DNA of 63,294 nt, filler included, from Basidiobolus ranarum (taxonomy: Eukaryota): NCBI GenBank assembly GCA_040143965.1. It is 21 parts of 21 records of this genome, joined end to end, with 100 filler letters (N's around TTAATTAATTAA, not from the genome) between each part and the next. Parts side by side here need not be neighbours in the genome. Positions count along the whole stretch, not along the records: positions 36,288 to 39,202 come from JASJQH010002868.1; positions 39,303 to 42,216 come from JASJQH010002869.1; positions 42,317 to 45,230 come from JASJQH010002870.1; positions 45,331 to 48,243 come from JASJQH010002871.1; positions 48,344 to 51,254 come from JASJQH010002872.1; 16 more parts are not named here. One strand, 5' to 3'. The notes beneath the pieces are model-generated. The model made no database searches and was not told the origin of the DNA. It saw nothing but the letters and a program-made list of their open reading frames with translations. This document shows, in pieces, positions 37,437 to 50,678 of the stretch (the stretch's first letter is position 1; each line of letters begins with the position of its first letter). The translations under genes and the position numbers were made by a program.

Positions 37437-38308
37437 GACCAGAAGAAAGTAAAATTACCAAGTCGGAGATAAACGGAAAGTGTCATATATAAATAGAGTT
37501 GTTAACTAAGCTTATCAGCTGATTTAGATCCAATTGGTATTGGAGGGGATGGCTGAATCGAAGTACGACACCGTATTATATCCTATAGTATAAAGACTGA
37601 TACAGATCTCTACCTACAAGATTAGTTAAGACTCAAACATTTCGCTGTCACATTTCACAAAGCCTGGTATTGGTCACATTTTGGATGTACCACATGAATG
37701 CTTGACGTATGAATTAAACTGTGATTAAGAGGAGGATTCTGGTTTAAGTAATCAAGCACCACTTGCAGTTGCAGATCCTACCCGGGATTTTCCATGAATA
37801 AGAATTATTAAATATATTTGATAAAAAACTGAGTTCCTAAACTGCACTTGCAACGTAAATAACATTCGGAGGAATGAGTAAATATTGCGGAAATCAACTT
37901 GATTAATGAATACTCCATGTGGATATGGAAGGCCCCACTAAGCAATACACTTGCTGCTGTTTTAAAAGGATCAATATTTGTTTGATGGAAAAGTACTGGC
38001 GACAATGGGGCTTCATTATAAAGCGCAGTTTAATTAGAGTATTAAGAGGCAGAAAGGTAATGTTACTCTTAGCATGAACAATAAAGAGGTATTTAAATGA
38101 AATGAAAGGTATATTCATGGAATCCTTCACATATAATATATATATGTGAAGCTAATCCAGAAGATCAATATTACGAGTGCTAGAGTAACCTTGGATAGAG
38201 TGATACGGGTAAGAGCCGAAATAAGCATAAATAAAAAGATCATTGATTATGGAATCGAAGAGAAAAAAGTTTAAAGTCATTTGATTGCTAATGCTCAAAC
38301 CTAGTAAT

Positions 38309-39202
38309 CTATTTAGGGAAACCGAAGGTCTTCTTACGAACAGACTTGTCAGGAGTAATGGGTCGACCAGCTGTCTCTAGTCTCTTTTTCTTATCCTCTA
38401 ACTCTAACCTCTGTTTTTCTAATGTATCCTTCATCTCCTTGTGACGTGAATGAAGCTATCAAAAGGATAACCAAGTTAGTTTAGAAACTACATGCATTAA
38501 ACCATCCACAATACATCAGCTACCTCTTCCTCAGTTTGCTTCAATTTGGCTTCTTTTTCTTGGACTTTTTGTTGGAAAACATTCATCATTTCACTTTCCA
38601 TCTTCTTCATTTTGGCTTCGTGAACTTTGCGCTCCTCTTCCATTTTAGCTAAAGGACTAAGTTCAAACACAAACATTAGATTGATTAAAAATAGAGGAAT
38701 CGGTCAATCACACAGAAAAGCTTACTTGACTTCTTTGAATACAGAGCCATCCTGCACAACACCAAGAGATTCCAACTTTGCAGAGCGATAGTTTTCGTAA
38801 AGAATTGTATTAGTATATTCTCTTAATTCTTCCATGTGGGTTCTAGGATTAGCAAGATTAGTACATATCAATCATGTGGAAAAGGATAATATAAATCACC
38901 TAATCAACATCTGACGAAGTTTCACGAAATCGCAATGGTCTTCGTTTTCAACTGTAGAAATTAACGATCACATAAGTATATAACACTTTACAATCAGATA
39001 TCGATAGATCACCGAACCTTCAATAACACCCCATGGATATTTACGACCACGCACCATTTTACCATCGACCTCAATCTCCTTTTCACTCCCAACGATGGCG
39101 AATGGGACCTTATCCATGATCTCTTTGTTCTCGGCGATGGTTTCCGGGTCGTCGTAGATATAAGGAGATGGCTTGAAAATCTGAATCTTATGATGCTGGA
39201 TA
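38309..39202 (-). CDS. CDC3: Septin, Cdc3/AspB group, 3' exons (absent from the ORF track)
   Basis: Spliced translation [20 protein letters not shown] / [17 protein letters not shown] / [23 protein letters not shown] / ..[30 protein letters not shown] / ..RKKTFGFPK*; four short introns. Confidence 0.92.
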
Positions 39203-39302
39203 NNNNNNNNNNNNNNNNNNNNNNNNNNNNNNNNNNNNNNNNNNNNTTAATTAATTAANNNNNNNNNNNNNNNNNNNNNNNNNNNNNNNNNNNNNNNNNN
39301 NN

Positions 39303-39569
39303 AATTCCTACAGCAGTAAACCCAGTAATTTGCCATTCGAAAATTATATTTTTGCTAAAATTGCTGGATATTGAATAACGCATGCCAAATTTGAGGATCA
39401 ATATTTTAACATGTATGAATACTGCCAAGATACTGTCAAGAAACCACCATCACATCATCAAAATCCCTGGCAGAATACAAGCCACCAATATTATGATGGT
39501 TCTCTGATGGTTTTGCTATTTTGGAGGGTGGATCCAATCCGGATCAAATCAATTTTATTTTTGCTTGGG
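39303..39569 (+). mobile_element. CCCTA/CMC right end
   Basis: Aligns with 10262-10527; ends TTTTATTTTTGCTTGGG. Confidence 0.85.
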
Positions 39570-39859
39570 ACTAGGGGATGAACTTGCTTTGTCAGTTACC
39601 CAAAATCATAATTTGGCAATACTAAACTGGGTAACTTGGTACAGGCTGGCACAATATCTCTAAAAATATCATTGTGTCCAATTGTGATGTAATAGTGCCA
39701 TATTTTTCCTTATAGTGTCCAATCAAGTGTTATAGGACCCAGCCATGGTAATTGACAGATTGCACTAGATGGTGTGTTAGCAGGCTGGATCAAGTGGCAT
39801 GATCTGACCAGGTTCAATGGGACAAGTCTAATGAGTTGCTATTTACCTAATTTCAACAT

Positions 39860-40490
39860 TCTGCAACTCCATTTTGCAGTTTGGTACAAGGTAGAGTACT
39901 TTGTTTCTTAGTTCTAGATTGAGAACAAAAAGTGGCAAAGTCTGTAGAGCATTATTCTCCACCACTATCACTCCTTAGTATTCTTATTTTTGTGCTGATT
40001 CTTTCTTTACCATTGCTTTGTAGTGCTTGAATGCAGCTAAGGCTTCAGAATTTGATTTGAGAAAGAGTACTCAAGTATATCTTGTTTAGTCATCATGAAG
40101 GTCATAAAGTACTTTTTGCCACCTAGTGTGACATATTTGATGGCCCCACATAGATCAGAATAAATCAAGGCCAAATTCAGAGTGGATTTGAGCATGCCAG
40201 AGCTTGAAAACAGCTGTCTTTGATGTTTTCCATATATGCAACCTTTGCCCAGATCAAATTTGTTGGTATTTTCAGTTTTAAGCCTGAAACAAGCTGATTT
40301 CAAATCATTGAGATCAGTTTTTGTTTGCCAATGTGGCCTAATCCTCTATGATAGGTTTGAAAGCTTATTTTGCCAGTTTTGGCCAAGTTTGCATTCTCAG
40401 AATGCAATTTATTGATTTTGAGCTTGTATAAGTTCTGAGTTTTGATCCCAGTAACTAATTTTGTACTATTCAGATCTGTGATAGTGCCTC
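39860..40490 (-). mobile_element. Ty1/copia integrase fragment
   Basis: CIYGKHQR...LIYSDLCG...GGKKYFMTF; similar to 1740-2370. Confidence 0.85.
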
Positions 40491-40504
40491 CAAAAATTGT
40501 CAGA

Positions 40505-40703
40505 AATTAAATAATGCATGCCAATTATGAGGATCAATATTTAACTATGTTTGAATACTGTCAAAATACCATCAAGAAGCCACCCTCTCACCATAAAATC
40601 CCTGGCAGAATGCAAGCCACCAATATTGTGATGGTTCTCTGATGGTTGGGCAATCTAGAAGGGTGGATATAATCCTGATCAAAATGATTTTATTTTTGAT
40701 GGG
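40505..40703 (+). mobile_element. CCCTA/CMC right end, diverged
   Basis: Aligns with ~10325-10527. Confidence 0.8.
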
Positions 40704-40849
40704 GATTGTGCTGTATATGTTGAATTGGATATGGTATTCTAGAATTTATACAGGACAATTTGGCACTATCCAGCACCCTCTGGCATGATCAATTTCAATC
40801 ACAATTACTCTAACATATTGAGCCAAGGTCTGATAAATCCTAGCACAAT

Positions 40850-41640
40850 GGAACAAATCCATTGGATTTGACTATATGAGCCAAATGATCAAAAATTGCC
40901 TAATTTCTGGCATTCAAATTAATCACCTAACTAAAATGGAAATATGTGAGAGTTGTATAAATCAAAAACAAGCCAGGAAAACATTCAAGAGCTCCGGCTT
41001 AATTAAACCTGTCAAAAACTGGATCTAATTCATTCAGATTTGAGTGGATCTATGCAAAATTTGTCTTAGGCAGAAAAAAATATTTAATTGCATTTATTGA
41101 TGACTATATAAGATACACTTGGGTCTACTATATGGAAAGGAAAGAAGAAGCTCTCTCTATCTTTGGAGATTTTAAAACACTTGTGGAGACTGAAACTGGA
41201 ATTAGATTTGAGAAAATATGTACTGATATTGGTAGAGAATATATTTCATCACTATCTAATCACTGTTCCAAAGTTCATTTAATTAAGCAAGAAACTAATG
41301 CCCCCTATTCACTTCAACAAAATGGAGTTGCTGAAGGAGCTAACAGGACTATAATAGAAGTGGCAAGATCTATGATAAATGCATAAAGTTTATCTCATAA
41401 CTTTTGGGTGGAATCTGGTGCTATAGCTGCATATTGGAAGAATAGGAGTTTTTCTAGAAGTCTGTCTAATACTACATCACATTAAGCTTGGTTTGGAGTT
41501 AAGCCAAATATAAAACATTTGATGATCTTTGGATTCACTGCTTGTGTCAAAGTTATGATCAAAGATTGATCTAAATTTAATCCAACAGTAAGAATTGCAT
41601 ATTTCTGGGTTATTATACTCAAACTAAGGCCAAGTTGGTA
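40850..41640 (+). mobile_element. Ty1/copia integrase fragment
   Basis: LIHSDL, FIDDY, PYSLQQNGVAEGANRTIIEVARSM. Confidence 0.88.
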
Positions 41641-41851
41641 ATAATATTCTAAGTCAACTCCAATCTAGGACATTGGGTAAGATCTTAGTGAAACATAGGA
41701 TAACTAATTACTAAGCTATTCATGACTATATTGGTGCTTAGACAATGCTAGTTTCAACCAAAACTGGCAAGACCTGCACCAAGTACAGCTGATGAAGAGA
41801 ACTTTTAAAAGAAATTAAATCAGCAATAACATATCAGCACAATAATCTCTC

Positions 41852-42200
41852 TGTAAAAGTATTTGGGAGCCTGTTGGAAGTGGTTTGGAGAATTAGAGGA
41901 ATTGGTGGTTTTCACTTATTGATTTATTGAGTAGAAAGTTGACATTTATAGTTTTGTCGCAATGTAAACAAACTAACATATAGAATATGTCAAGGAAGGT
42001 CCCAGGAACATGTGTGCAGAGTCTGGGGCTTCTAGCACAAGTTTGAAAAAATCTATATATCTGAGAACTGCTAAGTTGGTAAAAATATTCTAAGTAAATT
42101 CCAATTGAGAATATTTGATAATATCTTAGTGAATTATTAGATAACTAAGTACCAAGCTATATATGACTATATAGGTGTTTAGGCAATGCTAATTTCTACA
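41852..42200 (-). repeat. copia LTR type A, full length
   Basis: Minus strand TGTAGAAATTAGC...TACTTTTACA; no clear TSD. Confidence 0.85.
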
Positions 42201-42345
42201 TTGTCTCCATTGGGGTNNNNNNNNNNNNNNNNNNNNNNNNNNNNNNNNNNNNNNNNNNNNTTAATTAATTAANNNNNNNNNNNNNNNNNNNNNNNNNNNN
42301 NNNNNNNNNNNNNNNNATTATTCAGCTTTAAGATGCATATCTCGT

Positions 42346-45230
42346 TCATACAGCCGTGGCAACTGCAGCAGAGAATTGACCACTATGGCTAATTGTTACT
42401 TTTATATTATTGATCCCAATGGCCTTGGCAGTTTCTTTTATCAGACCATGAAGAATAACCTCCGGCGCCCCACTTTCACTTACCATGATTTCAATATGCT
42501 GAAGTGGAGCACCAGCCCCTTGATCGAGTTCCTTCAGTAGTGACCTTTTGCTATCCGGAGCGAATGATGAGATTGCTTTAAAAACCGCTTCTTTTGCCGA
42601 CCATCTCCCAGCAAAGCTTGACTGGGGATCTGGACGCGATTTACAATAGATCTGTCCAAAGTCGGTAAAGTTGCGTTCGAAGAATGTTTCTGAGGACATT
42701 GGAATTGCTGACACAAGCTCAATGTCCACTCCTACTCCGTATTCGGTTTTATTCATAGATTTGGTCATGTCTTCCATCATAGTTCTCATTTCAGGAACAG
42801 ATTCATATTGCTTGTCGGATAGTCCGCTAAAAGCCTGGTCGAAGGTCCAGGTATTCTTGGTCGGACTGAATGCTGCGCGTGCATTTGGATTCAAGTAAAC
42901 GTTGCTTTCTTGTTCTTCTGTATAAGGTGGGCTGTTCTTTACTTTGACAAAAGTGTCACCAGTGAATGTCTCGTGGAAGTATCTGTATACCTTATGTTGA
43001 CGTTGGGTCATCAAGGCTTTGTACTCCTCGAAGACGCTTTCTTCGATAGCACCAAAGACATAGTCTGGATGAATGACCAAAACTTCACCTCCGACTTGTC
43101 CGAAACCGAATGATTTCAAAAACCCGGCCTTGATTCCTCCTATGTGTACACTCTTGTTGGGGAAGTAGAGGTGGGAGAACTTTTGAAGGTTTGAATCGAT
43201 GTTATCCGCGTTCCTATTAATGAAATCAGCCGCAATCCTATATACAAAATCGTAATATGGTACACATACCTATTTCCTGGAACAATGCCAGTTTCGATGT
43301 ATTGTAAGACACCGTTAAGCATCCAAGCAGCTGCTGCTCCCTTTCCGTGGCCAGTCAAGTACTTTTGGCAAACAACAGGGCAGGCGTTTCCATGGGTACG
43401 CCCAAGATGATTGAATTGCTTATTAAACACATCACATTCATTTTTATCATTGGCTTTTGTTCCGGTTCCATGAAGAGAAGCAACCTAAGTCAAAGAATAA
43501 GCAAATGATTGACGCTTGTTGGATATATTCGGTATACTTACCCCTATATCATCAATTGTAAGTCCAAACACGGCCAGTGCTCCGCGAAGTGGTGAAATTG
43601 ATTGATCATTCTTGTAGAAATGATTTCCCCAGGTACTTAGCATCTCCTTTTCTTGCTTCTTTGCCTCGGAGTTTATGAAATCGGTGCGTTCCTTCAAGAA
43701 TACCTCAGCTTCTTGTGGGTAATTCTGTCTGATTGACTGGTATTCGTAATTCATGTTTTCCAGCTCGCTCTCTACCCAGCCCTTAATCTGCAGGCGACGG
43801 TAGCTAATCTGTCTGGCACGATAGTGGAAATTCAACTTTGGTGATGGTACTCCAGTTTCTCGAGCAGAAGTCAAAATTCCTTGTCCAGGTGCTGGCACCG
43901 AACGTCCTTCCTTATCCGTAGCAGTGGCACTGTGTGCAATAATTCCATAGATTGGTACTCCCATTTCAAGAGCAAGCTATATATATTGTTTAGCAAGTTG
44001 ATGTTTGAAAAGCTCATAATCTCTGATTTACCTTGGCTGACATCAATATCTGATGACCGGCCCCCATAGACTCCATGAATCCTCCACGGCTAGAGGTCGT
44101 TGGCCGAGACATTTCTTGTGGCTCGCGTCCTTGCTCGAGCTCCTCAATTGCATTACTTGTAGCCTTCATATTGGCGAATTCAAACGATCCCTCCTCTTGG
44201 AAATCATCATAACCACCAACAACCACAATCTTTGCCTTTTCATTGAGAATGGTATCAATACCAATGTCCACGGATTCAACTGCTGTTGCACAAGCGCCAA
44301 CAGGTGTCTTTACTGGACCGGAGGAACTCAAAAGTAACAAATTAACCCAAGCAGGCTAAGAATACTCGATTAGGTACTATATAGGAGAGATGATTTTCAA
44401 ATTTTCTTACCATTGTGTTTACAAAACTCTCTTGCATAATATCCATCTGAACCGGCTTTTCCATAAATCGATCTTTGTAGATAGCTCTGTTAGCTAGCAT
44501 GGCCCCAACACCTCCTCCAGACGTGTTTCCGAGCTCAGATACATGGATATATTTGTAAAACTCATATGGATCAGCTATACCAGATCTCACAAGTGCCTCT
44601 ACAGTTGAAACCAGACAGTAGAGTGTAATGGGATCGACTTGTTGAATGATATCCTGTGGAATACCTATTGTCGGGTTAGTATAGCTTTGAAATTGATGGA
44701 AATTTGGAAAATGTACCATAACGCTCGGCACTCCATCCAGTTGGAATTTGACCAGCAACCAAACGAGAGAATCTGAGAGCCTTGGGTACGTAGATCGTGG
44801 CGCCCTTTCTGAGGAAAACAGTCCATTGGCCGGTCTTTTGGTCCTCAAAGATATCAACATTCTTTCCATGTTGCGACTTAAATTTGGCCGCTTCCTCAGC
44901 ACTTGCTTCAAACGGCGGTAGCTCATGGTCCACAATTACTTCTTGAAGCATTGTCTTCTTCTCTGGGTCGTAGCCATTGAAGAGTTCAGGTTCTAGAAGA
45001 TGTTTTAGCTAAGAAATACTCTTAATAGGTACTATTCGAACTTACCAATTAGCCTGATCCCAGTATGCTCAAGAATCTTCTTTTCATACTTCTCTTTGAT
45101 TTCAATATCACGTAGAGGCTGGCCAGTTTCGCCATCAAGCCATCCAGAGAACAATTTTCCGTCTTTAGTCTGCTTGTATCTAACATATTTGATGAAACCC
45201 ATGATCCAGGCCATCTCAATACATCCCTCT
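42346..45230 (-). CDS. FAS2: Fungal type I fatty acid synthase alpha-type region: ketoacyl synthase and PPTase; multi-exon, 5' end cut
   Basis: [59 protein letters not shown], PPTase GVGVDIE...[12 protein letters not shown]...ISHS. Confidence 0.97.
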
Positions 45231-45330
45231 NNNNNNNNNNNNNNNNNNNNNNNNNNNNNNNNNNNNNNNNNNNNTTAATTAATTAANNNNNNNNNNNNNN
45301 NNNNNNNNNNNNNNNNNNNNNNNNNNNNNN

Positions 45331-45441
45331 ATCTTGTAATTCACTAAGATATTATCAATTATTCTCAATCGGAATTTACTTAGAATATTTTTACCAACTT
45401 AGAAGTTCTCAGATATATAGATTTTTTCAAACTTGTGCTAG
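45331..45441 (+). repeat. copia LTR type A internal fragment abutting a host ORF
   Basis: Matches ~11680-11783 up to ACTTGTGCTAG. Confidence 0.85.
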
Positions 45442-48243
45442 CGCTGAATTTGAATTATTTTTCTTACTTGTTCAATTTCGTTGTCCGATTCGGTTTCCTT
45501 TTTTGCTACCGTAGTGTTAGCAAATAGTAGAGAGTTGACTTTGGAATTCTTAGGTTTGTCTACAATTTCGTCATGCAATCCTTTATGTGCACGTTTCCCG
45601 TAAGTGAATCTGGATTTGACTTTCTTTGACCATCTTTTTCCGCTCTTGTCATCATGCGACCCAACCACACTCGGCCCTCCGAATATGCCACTTAAAGCTG
45701 CACTCTTGGATTGTTTAGAACCTTGAAGACCCAGAATCTGGTAAATGTGATAATTGGGCCCGGAGAAGCAACTTTTAGAGGGGTGTAATGACTGTGGCGC
45801 AATTCCTATACTAGAACCAATTGCATTTCGTGTGCTGAATGTAGACGCTTTCGCCTTAAGCACTTGATGTAAGCGCGACGTCAGTCGCATGGATCTTGCA
45901 GTGGTGATTGAACTTGGCAAAGGATTTGGGAAGTAAGTTGGAAGATTATCATCAAGAAAAGGGCCTAGCTTATGCTGAAGGGAGCATGTTGAGGCCAACG
46001 CTCGAGCTCGCGGTAAAGGTATCCTAATTTCAGAGAATTAATACGTTGATGTTAAATAACATATTGTTTAGTTGCTTACCATGTTCCAAACAGTTTGCTA
46101 TCCGCTTTTCTAACACGGACTCGTCCAACCTCAAGACTCAATACTATGGTTCGCTCACTTTCTGTCTCCATGCCACCGGCCATAAGCAACTTGGTTCCAT
46201 TGATATAGCCTGAGTCGAAACGCCGCATAAGTTGAATCATCTCATTATTACCATACCCTTTGGATATGTAAGTTACATACACAGGAACAGACTCGATGAC
46301 TGTCATATATATAGATGGCGTGGTAAGAGTCTGCGTGGGAATGAAAGATTTCCTTTCTCCTATTGTAGGATTATCACTTTCACTTGGTGAAAGTGTTACC
46401 GAGTGGGATGAGCCGCTCCCATCCAATTCATGCTGCTTATCTACAACATTCTGCTCTTCGTCATCCTCATCCAAGCTAATATACGTATGTGGATCTATAT
46501 CGTTAACATGACTTGCAATACTGGAATCCACTGAATTGGTATCCGCAGTTTGGACTTCGGAAATCATTGTGACATTGCAGGGATCTGGTTGGCATGGAGT
46601 TTTGCTGTTTTGATGATTTTCCTGTGAGAGACTATATTCTGCTACTGCATTCTGCAATACTCCGCTTAATTCCATCAAGTGTTTATCCATTTCCGAAGGA
46701 TCAAAAGAAGATTCAAGGTCTAAAATTGAGAGTCGGGGTAAATATGTATAGCATAAATTAACGTTCTTTCTGTTACGTACCATGCCGTTCACCTAAAGGA
46801 TCGGTGCTCAATAACTTTTGGATATGCGGTACGTTTTGCATCCCATACTCTTCCACCAAATGACGAGCTCGATCCAAGGAAATCCTATTATAATAGAATT
46901 GCATAAGATTCGTGTACTTTTAAAGTGAATAATATAGGAATTCTTCTAGAAACATACCAAACTCCACGACACTCCACTGGCCCATTTCGTATCACAACAA
47001 ATCGAGTGTTCCCATCATCGCTTTCGAATTTACCATCACCGACGTACGGCTGGGCAGCTTTTCTCAATAGACTAGCATTACAGAAATCCTTATGACGGCT
47101 CTCTTCAAGCATAACTTGAGACCTTTTTTGCCCCTTGTCACCTTTATTTTGAGAACTAGCACTGTCAAAAGGAACATTTGAATGAAACCGCAACAGTCTA
47201 AGTTGCGTATCTGGAAGAATAGTCTCGTAAACTCTGACATTCGAGTAGACCTTGGCAACCACCATAGGGGCTTTATCTTCTGTATCAATAAGCATTGGAT
47301 ACGACTCGTTGAAAAGTTCAATACCTTTCATAGAAGTGTTTTTGATAGCAGTGTCCTTCGGAACGTACATCGTATCACCTAAGCAGGTCTGGTCTACAGG
47401 ATTGGTTCCAAAGACCCCCTCTTGAGAGAGGATTGAAGAATCATCTGACGACCTACTGTCGATTTCCATTTGAGTAACATCCGCTTTAGTATTGAAAGAG
47501 CTAATGTCGTTCTCAGTGATCTCATCTTCGCGTGAGGGAACCTTATGATCATGGTTTTCTTCATACCTGGCAAATTCGCGGAACGGAGTTCGCTTGATGG
47601 TACCTTTCTTGCGAGTTCCAAAGAGTCTCTTTGGGCTAGAATCGTGTATACGAGGGGAACCATTCAATAGTTCATCTAATTCTGATACTGGCATAGTCTC
47701 AGGGTTGTTCAGCTCCATTAAAGGAACATACGATGAGTTCTTAGTGATTAAGGATGAATCCTCACCAAATTCATCTCCAAAATTTGGTATTAGATGAGTG
47801 TCAAGCTCTCGCTCAAATAAAGATGTGGTATCAGGAGTCAAAAGGCTCGCTTCTGGAGCCAAATCTGACCCATTTTCTTTGTGAATAGGGGGATCAGGAG
47901 TTACTGTCAACGAGGCGGCAGTGGGAACATCATACATGGGGCTATTCACTGGATTAGATTGTGATCTTTGAAATGGTGGTGAGGATGACGTGTCTGGATC
48001 TTGAATTAGAGTGGAGATAACGTCATCGTCAATACACAAGTCCCCATTCATCATTTCTTCAAAGTAATCACTAAATTCGGCATCACTAGATAAAGTCAAG
48101 GAGGACTTAGCCACTTCATATGGTTCTACTGTGATAGCATTTAAAATGGAGTCATGTGAAGCATACCCTCGATCAAAAGAAGGGATACTATTTTCTAGCG
48201 TAGAGAGACTACTAACAGCTTCGTTATTAAATTCTTGCTCAGA
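45438..48243 (-). CDS. Protein with two APSES/KilA-N-like domains; multi-exon, 5' end cut
   Basis: Domain 2: VPVY..LMRRFDSGYINGTKLL..LFGTW/IPLPRARALA; domain 1: YSNVRVYE..LRLLR..FCNASLLRK..CRGVW/ISLDRARHLV; introns 46885-46957 and 46024-46079, plus one near 46720-46780. Confidence 0.8.
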
Positions 48244-48645
48244 NNNNNNNNNNNNNNNNNNNNNNNNNNNNNNNNNNNNNNNNNNNNTTAATTAATTAAN
48301 NNNNNNNNNNNNNNNNNNNNNNNNNNNNNNNNNNNNNNNNNNNAGCAGCGGTTACTGTGATTTCATTATGCAAAATATGAATCTGTTGGGAGAAGCCCAA
48401 AGTGAATAGATATAGGATATACTGTCATTATATGATTACCAGTAAAGCTTTCTAGAATCTTGGAGAATAATATAAGCAAGTGATCCATCGTTGAAGCTGA
48501 TCTCAAGAAATATTCTAAATTTATTAAAAACATCTAATTTAATAGGTCTATTCCTGCACAGCAGTTTAATCTATATCTATTTTTATGCTTTAAATAAGCA
48601 TATTTAAACCTTAACCTGATATCTACTGGTGCCAGATGAAGGTTA

Positions 48646-48782
48646 CTATTTACTTCCAAATTTAAAATTACTGGCATTGATAGCAAAGGCTGTAGAAAGA
48701 ACAAGTAAGAGTTGAGCGACTGAATACTTCATTGTTGAAATGATTGATAGATATACAGAGAAAGGGGAGTATTATATACTAA
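48646..48782 (-). pseudogene. Remnant paralog of the Gly-rich gene (promoter, 5' UTR, signal peptide)
   Basis: 48673-48782 aligns with 51147-51254; reads MKYSVAQLLLVLSTAFAINASNFKFGSK*. Confidence 0.75.
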
Positions 48783-50083
48783 TATTGTATACTAGACCGA
48801 AATAATGCTCAGAGGTAAATACATACTGATCGATGTACTGTTATACAAGTCTAAATTCTACCAGTGTTTAAGTTAAGCACAAACAGCATGTACGATGCAG
48901 AAAATTCAACGTGGTAATATGGATTATTTGTTGAAGTAGTCAAACAAGTCAATCCCACACTGGCCACACGCTCTACATATGGTGAAAAATAGGTTAATGC
49001 AAATACTAAAATCCATGCAAATGACCAAGTTTCTATGATCAATCCATTAACTCTGATCTTTAATCGGGAATGCAAAGTATTACTAAATGATCAGTGAAAT
49101 CAATCAAGACTCTTGAATGTGATATGCGAAGATAGTGATTTCAAAAATTTGTCCCTATTTCGAAATCTACAAAGGATCGGTTCCGAGATTTACGAAGGAT
49201 TACCGTTCTAAGAAAAAGATAATATGATGTTATGAAATTGGATATCAGACAAAAAAAGCGACGGCGACAATATAATGCCTCAATTAACTTAATATTTTGT
49301 ATATATATATAGTGCATAAGCAAACCTTGATCTTCACCAAGTTTCACCCACACCTTTCCTACACTTGTTATATACATGTTTCGAAATTTATTACACTCTC
49401 AAATTCGACAGGAATGCCACTCGATTTTCCCTTGAAAAAATAGCACAATCGAAATAAAGTTAATCAGTCAATTTATCAGTGAATCAAGTCACCTCAGGAA
49501 CCAGGCTTAATACAGATAATTTTTATGTGAACTAAAACAGTTTACACGTATTTGTTCCGATCAGATGAGCTATAAAGCAGAAGGAAATTCCCCAAATTAA
49601 GAATTAGACTAAAGAATGTGCATCAGCTGCGATATTGAGTGATTCATTTCCACCTGTAGCGTTCATAAGTTCCTCCTCAGTATTCCAACCATTAATTTAC
49701 ACCTCGAACCAACTAACAGAACTCCCTCAAAAATTCCCATTGTAATGAAAACTTGTACAAAATCACCACCATTATAGAAAAGATCAGCAATGATGACACC
49801 ATATTATTAAGCGAAATACAGTCTCATTGGAAGTAATACATACGTATTTGGTTGTGCAAGGTCTAAAAGAAACTGTTAACTGGAAAAAATCTTAAAATTA
49901 GGTAGCGTCTAGAGTTGGCGATGATACCAGCTATTCATGCATTTTTCTCATTGGTGCACTTGGGTGGCTCTATATGTGAATGTTTTTTATGTGCGATGGA
50001 ACTCTATCTTGCATAAAAGAACGGTTCGGGAATCGACAATCGCATTCCATATAGTTTTATCTACCTCCTCCTTTAGGCCTGTA

Positions 50084-50329
50084 ATGTTTATCAGAACTGT
50101 AGTACTTGCAATTACCCTCTGCGAACTGGCTCTCGGCGCGTCTCAAATATCACTGGAATGTGGATCTGCCGCCCAGAAATGCGCAAGCGCTTACTCTCAG
50201 GGTACTAGAAGTTGCTATGTCTCAGGAACTACTGTTCAATGCACCGATCAGAATGTGAAATGCCAGTACCAGGGTTACTACAATTACACCAACTGCAAAT
50301 CATGCTCTCTTATTCAGTGCCATGATTAA
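50084..50329 (+). CDS. Small secreted cysteine-rich protein (81 aa, 8 Cys in mature part)
   Basis: MFIRTVVLAITLCELALG signal-like leader then ECG..KC..SC..QC..KC..NCKSC..QC; AATAAA downstream. Confidence 0.75.
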   Translation: MFIRTVVLAITLCELALGASQISLECGSAAQKCASAYSQGTRSCYVSGTTVQCTDQNVKCQYQGYYNYTNCKSCSLIQCHD

Positions 50330-50678
50330 TGCTATTGGTATATACATGCATTGAAACAGTAACTACTGCCTACCAACTCTAAATAAACCAAAGTAATTTG
50401 ATGAACACAGCATTTAAGAGAAGTCGAAACCGAACATGTCAATAGTCGTTATTCTTTATCAATCACCCATCAATGGTCTTCATCATAATCTTGTTACAAG
50501 TGAGATATTTCACATTAGACATACGGTTAGGCTTTTAGGGTTCAAGAACTAACACTTACTCTACGTTAAAAATATATTCAGAGTTACCTCCAAACACAGC
50601 AAATGAAATAAAGAATATGGATTTTTATTCATTCTGTAATTTACAATCACTTGGGTATTCTTGAAGTTCAATCTGGTT

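Noticed and set aside
42534-47797. Antisense and alternate-frame ORFs over FAS2 and the APSES gene
   Set aside because: Shadow ORFs of real coding sequence; apparent frame changes are explained by GT-AG introns
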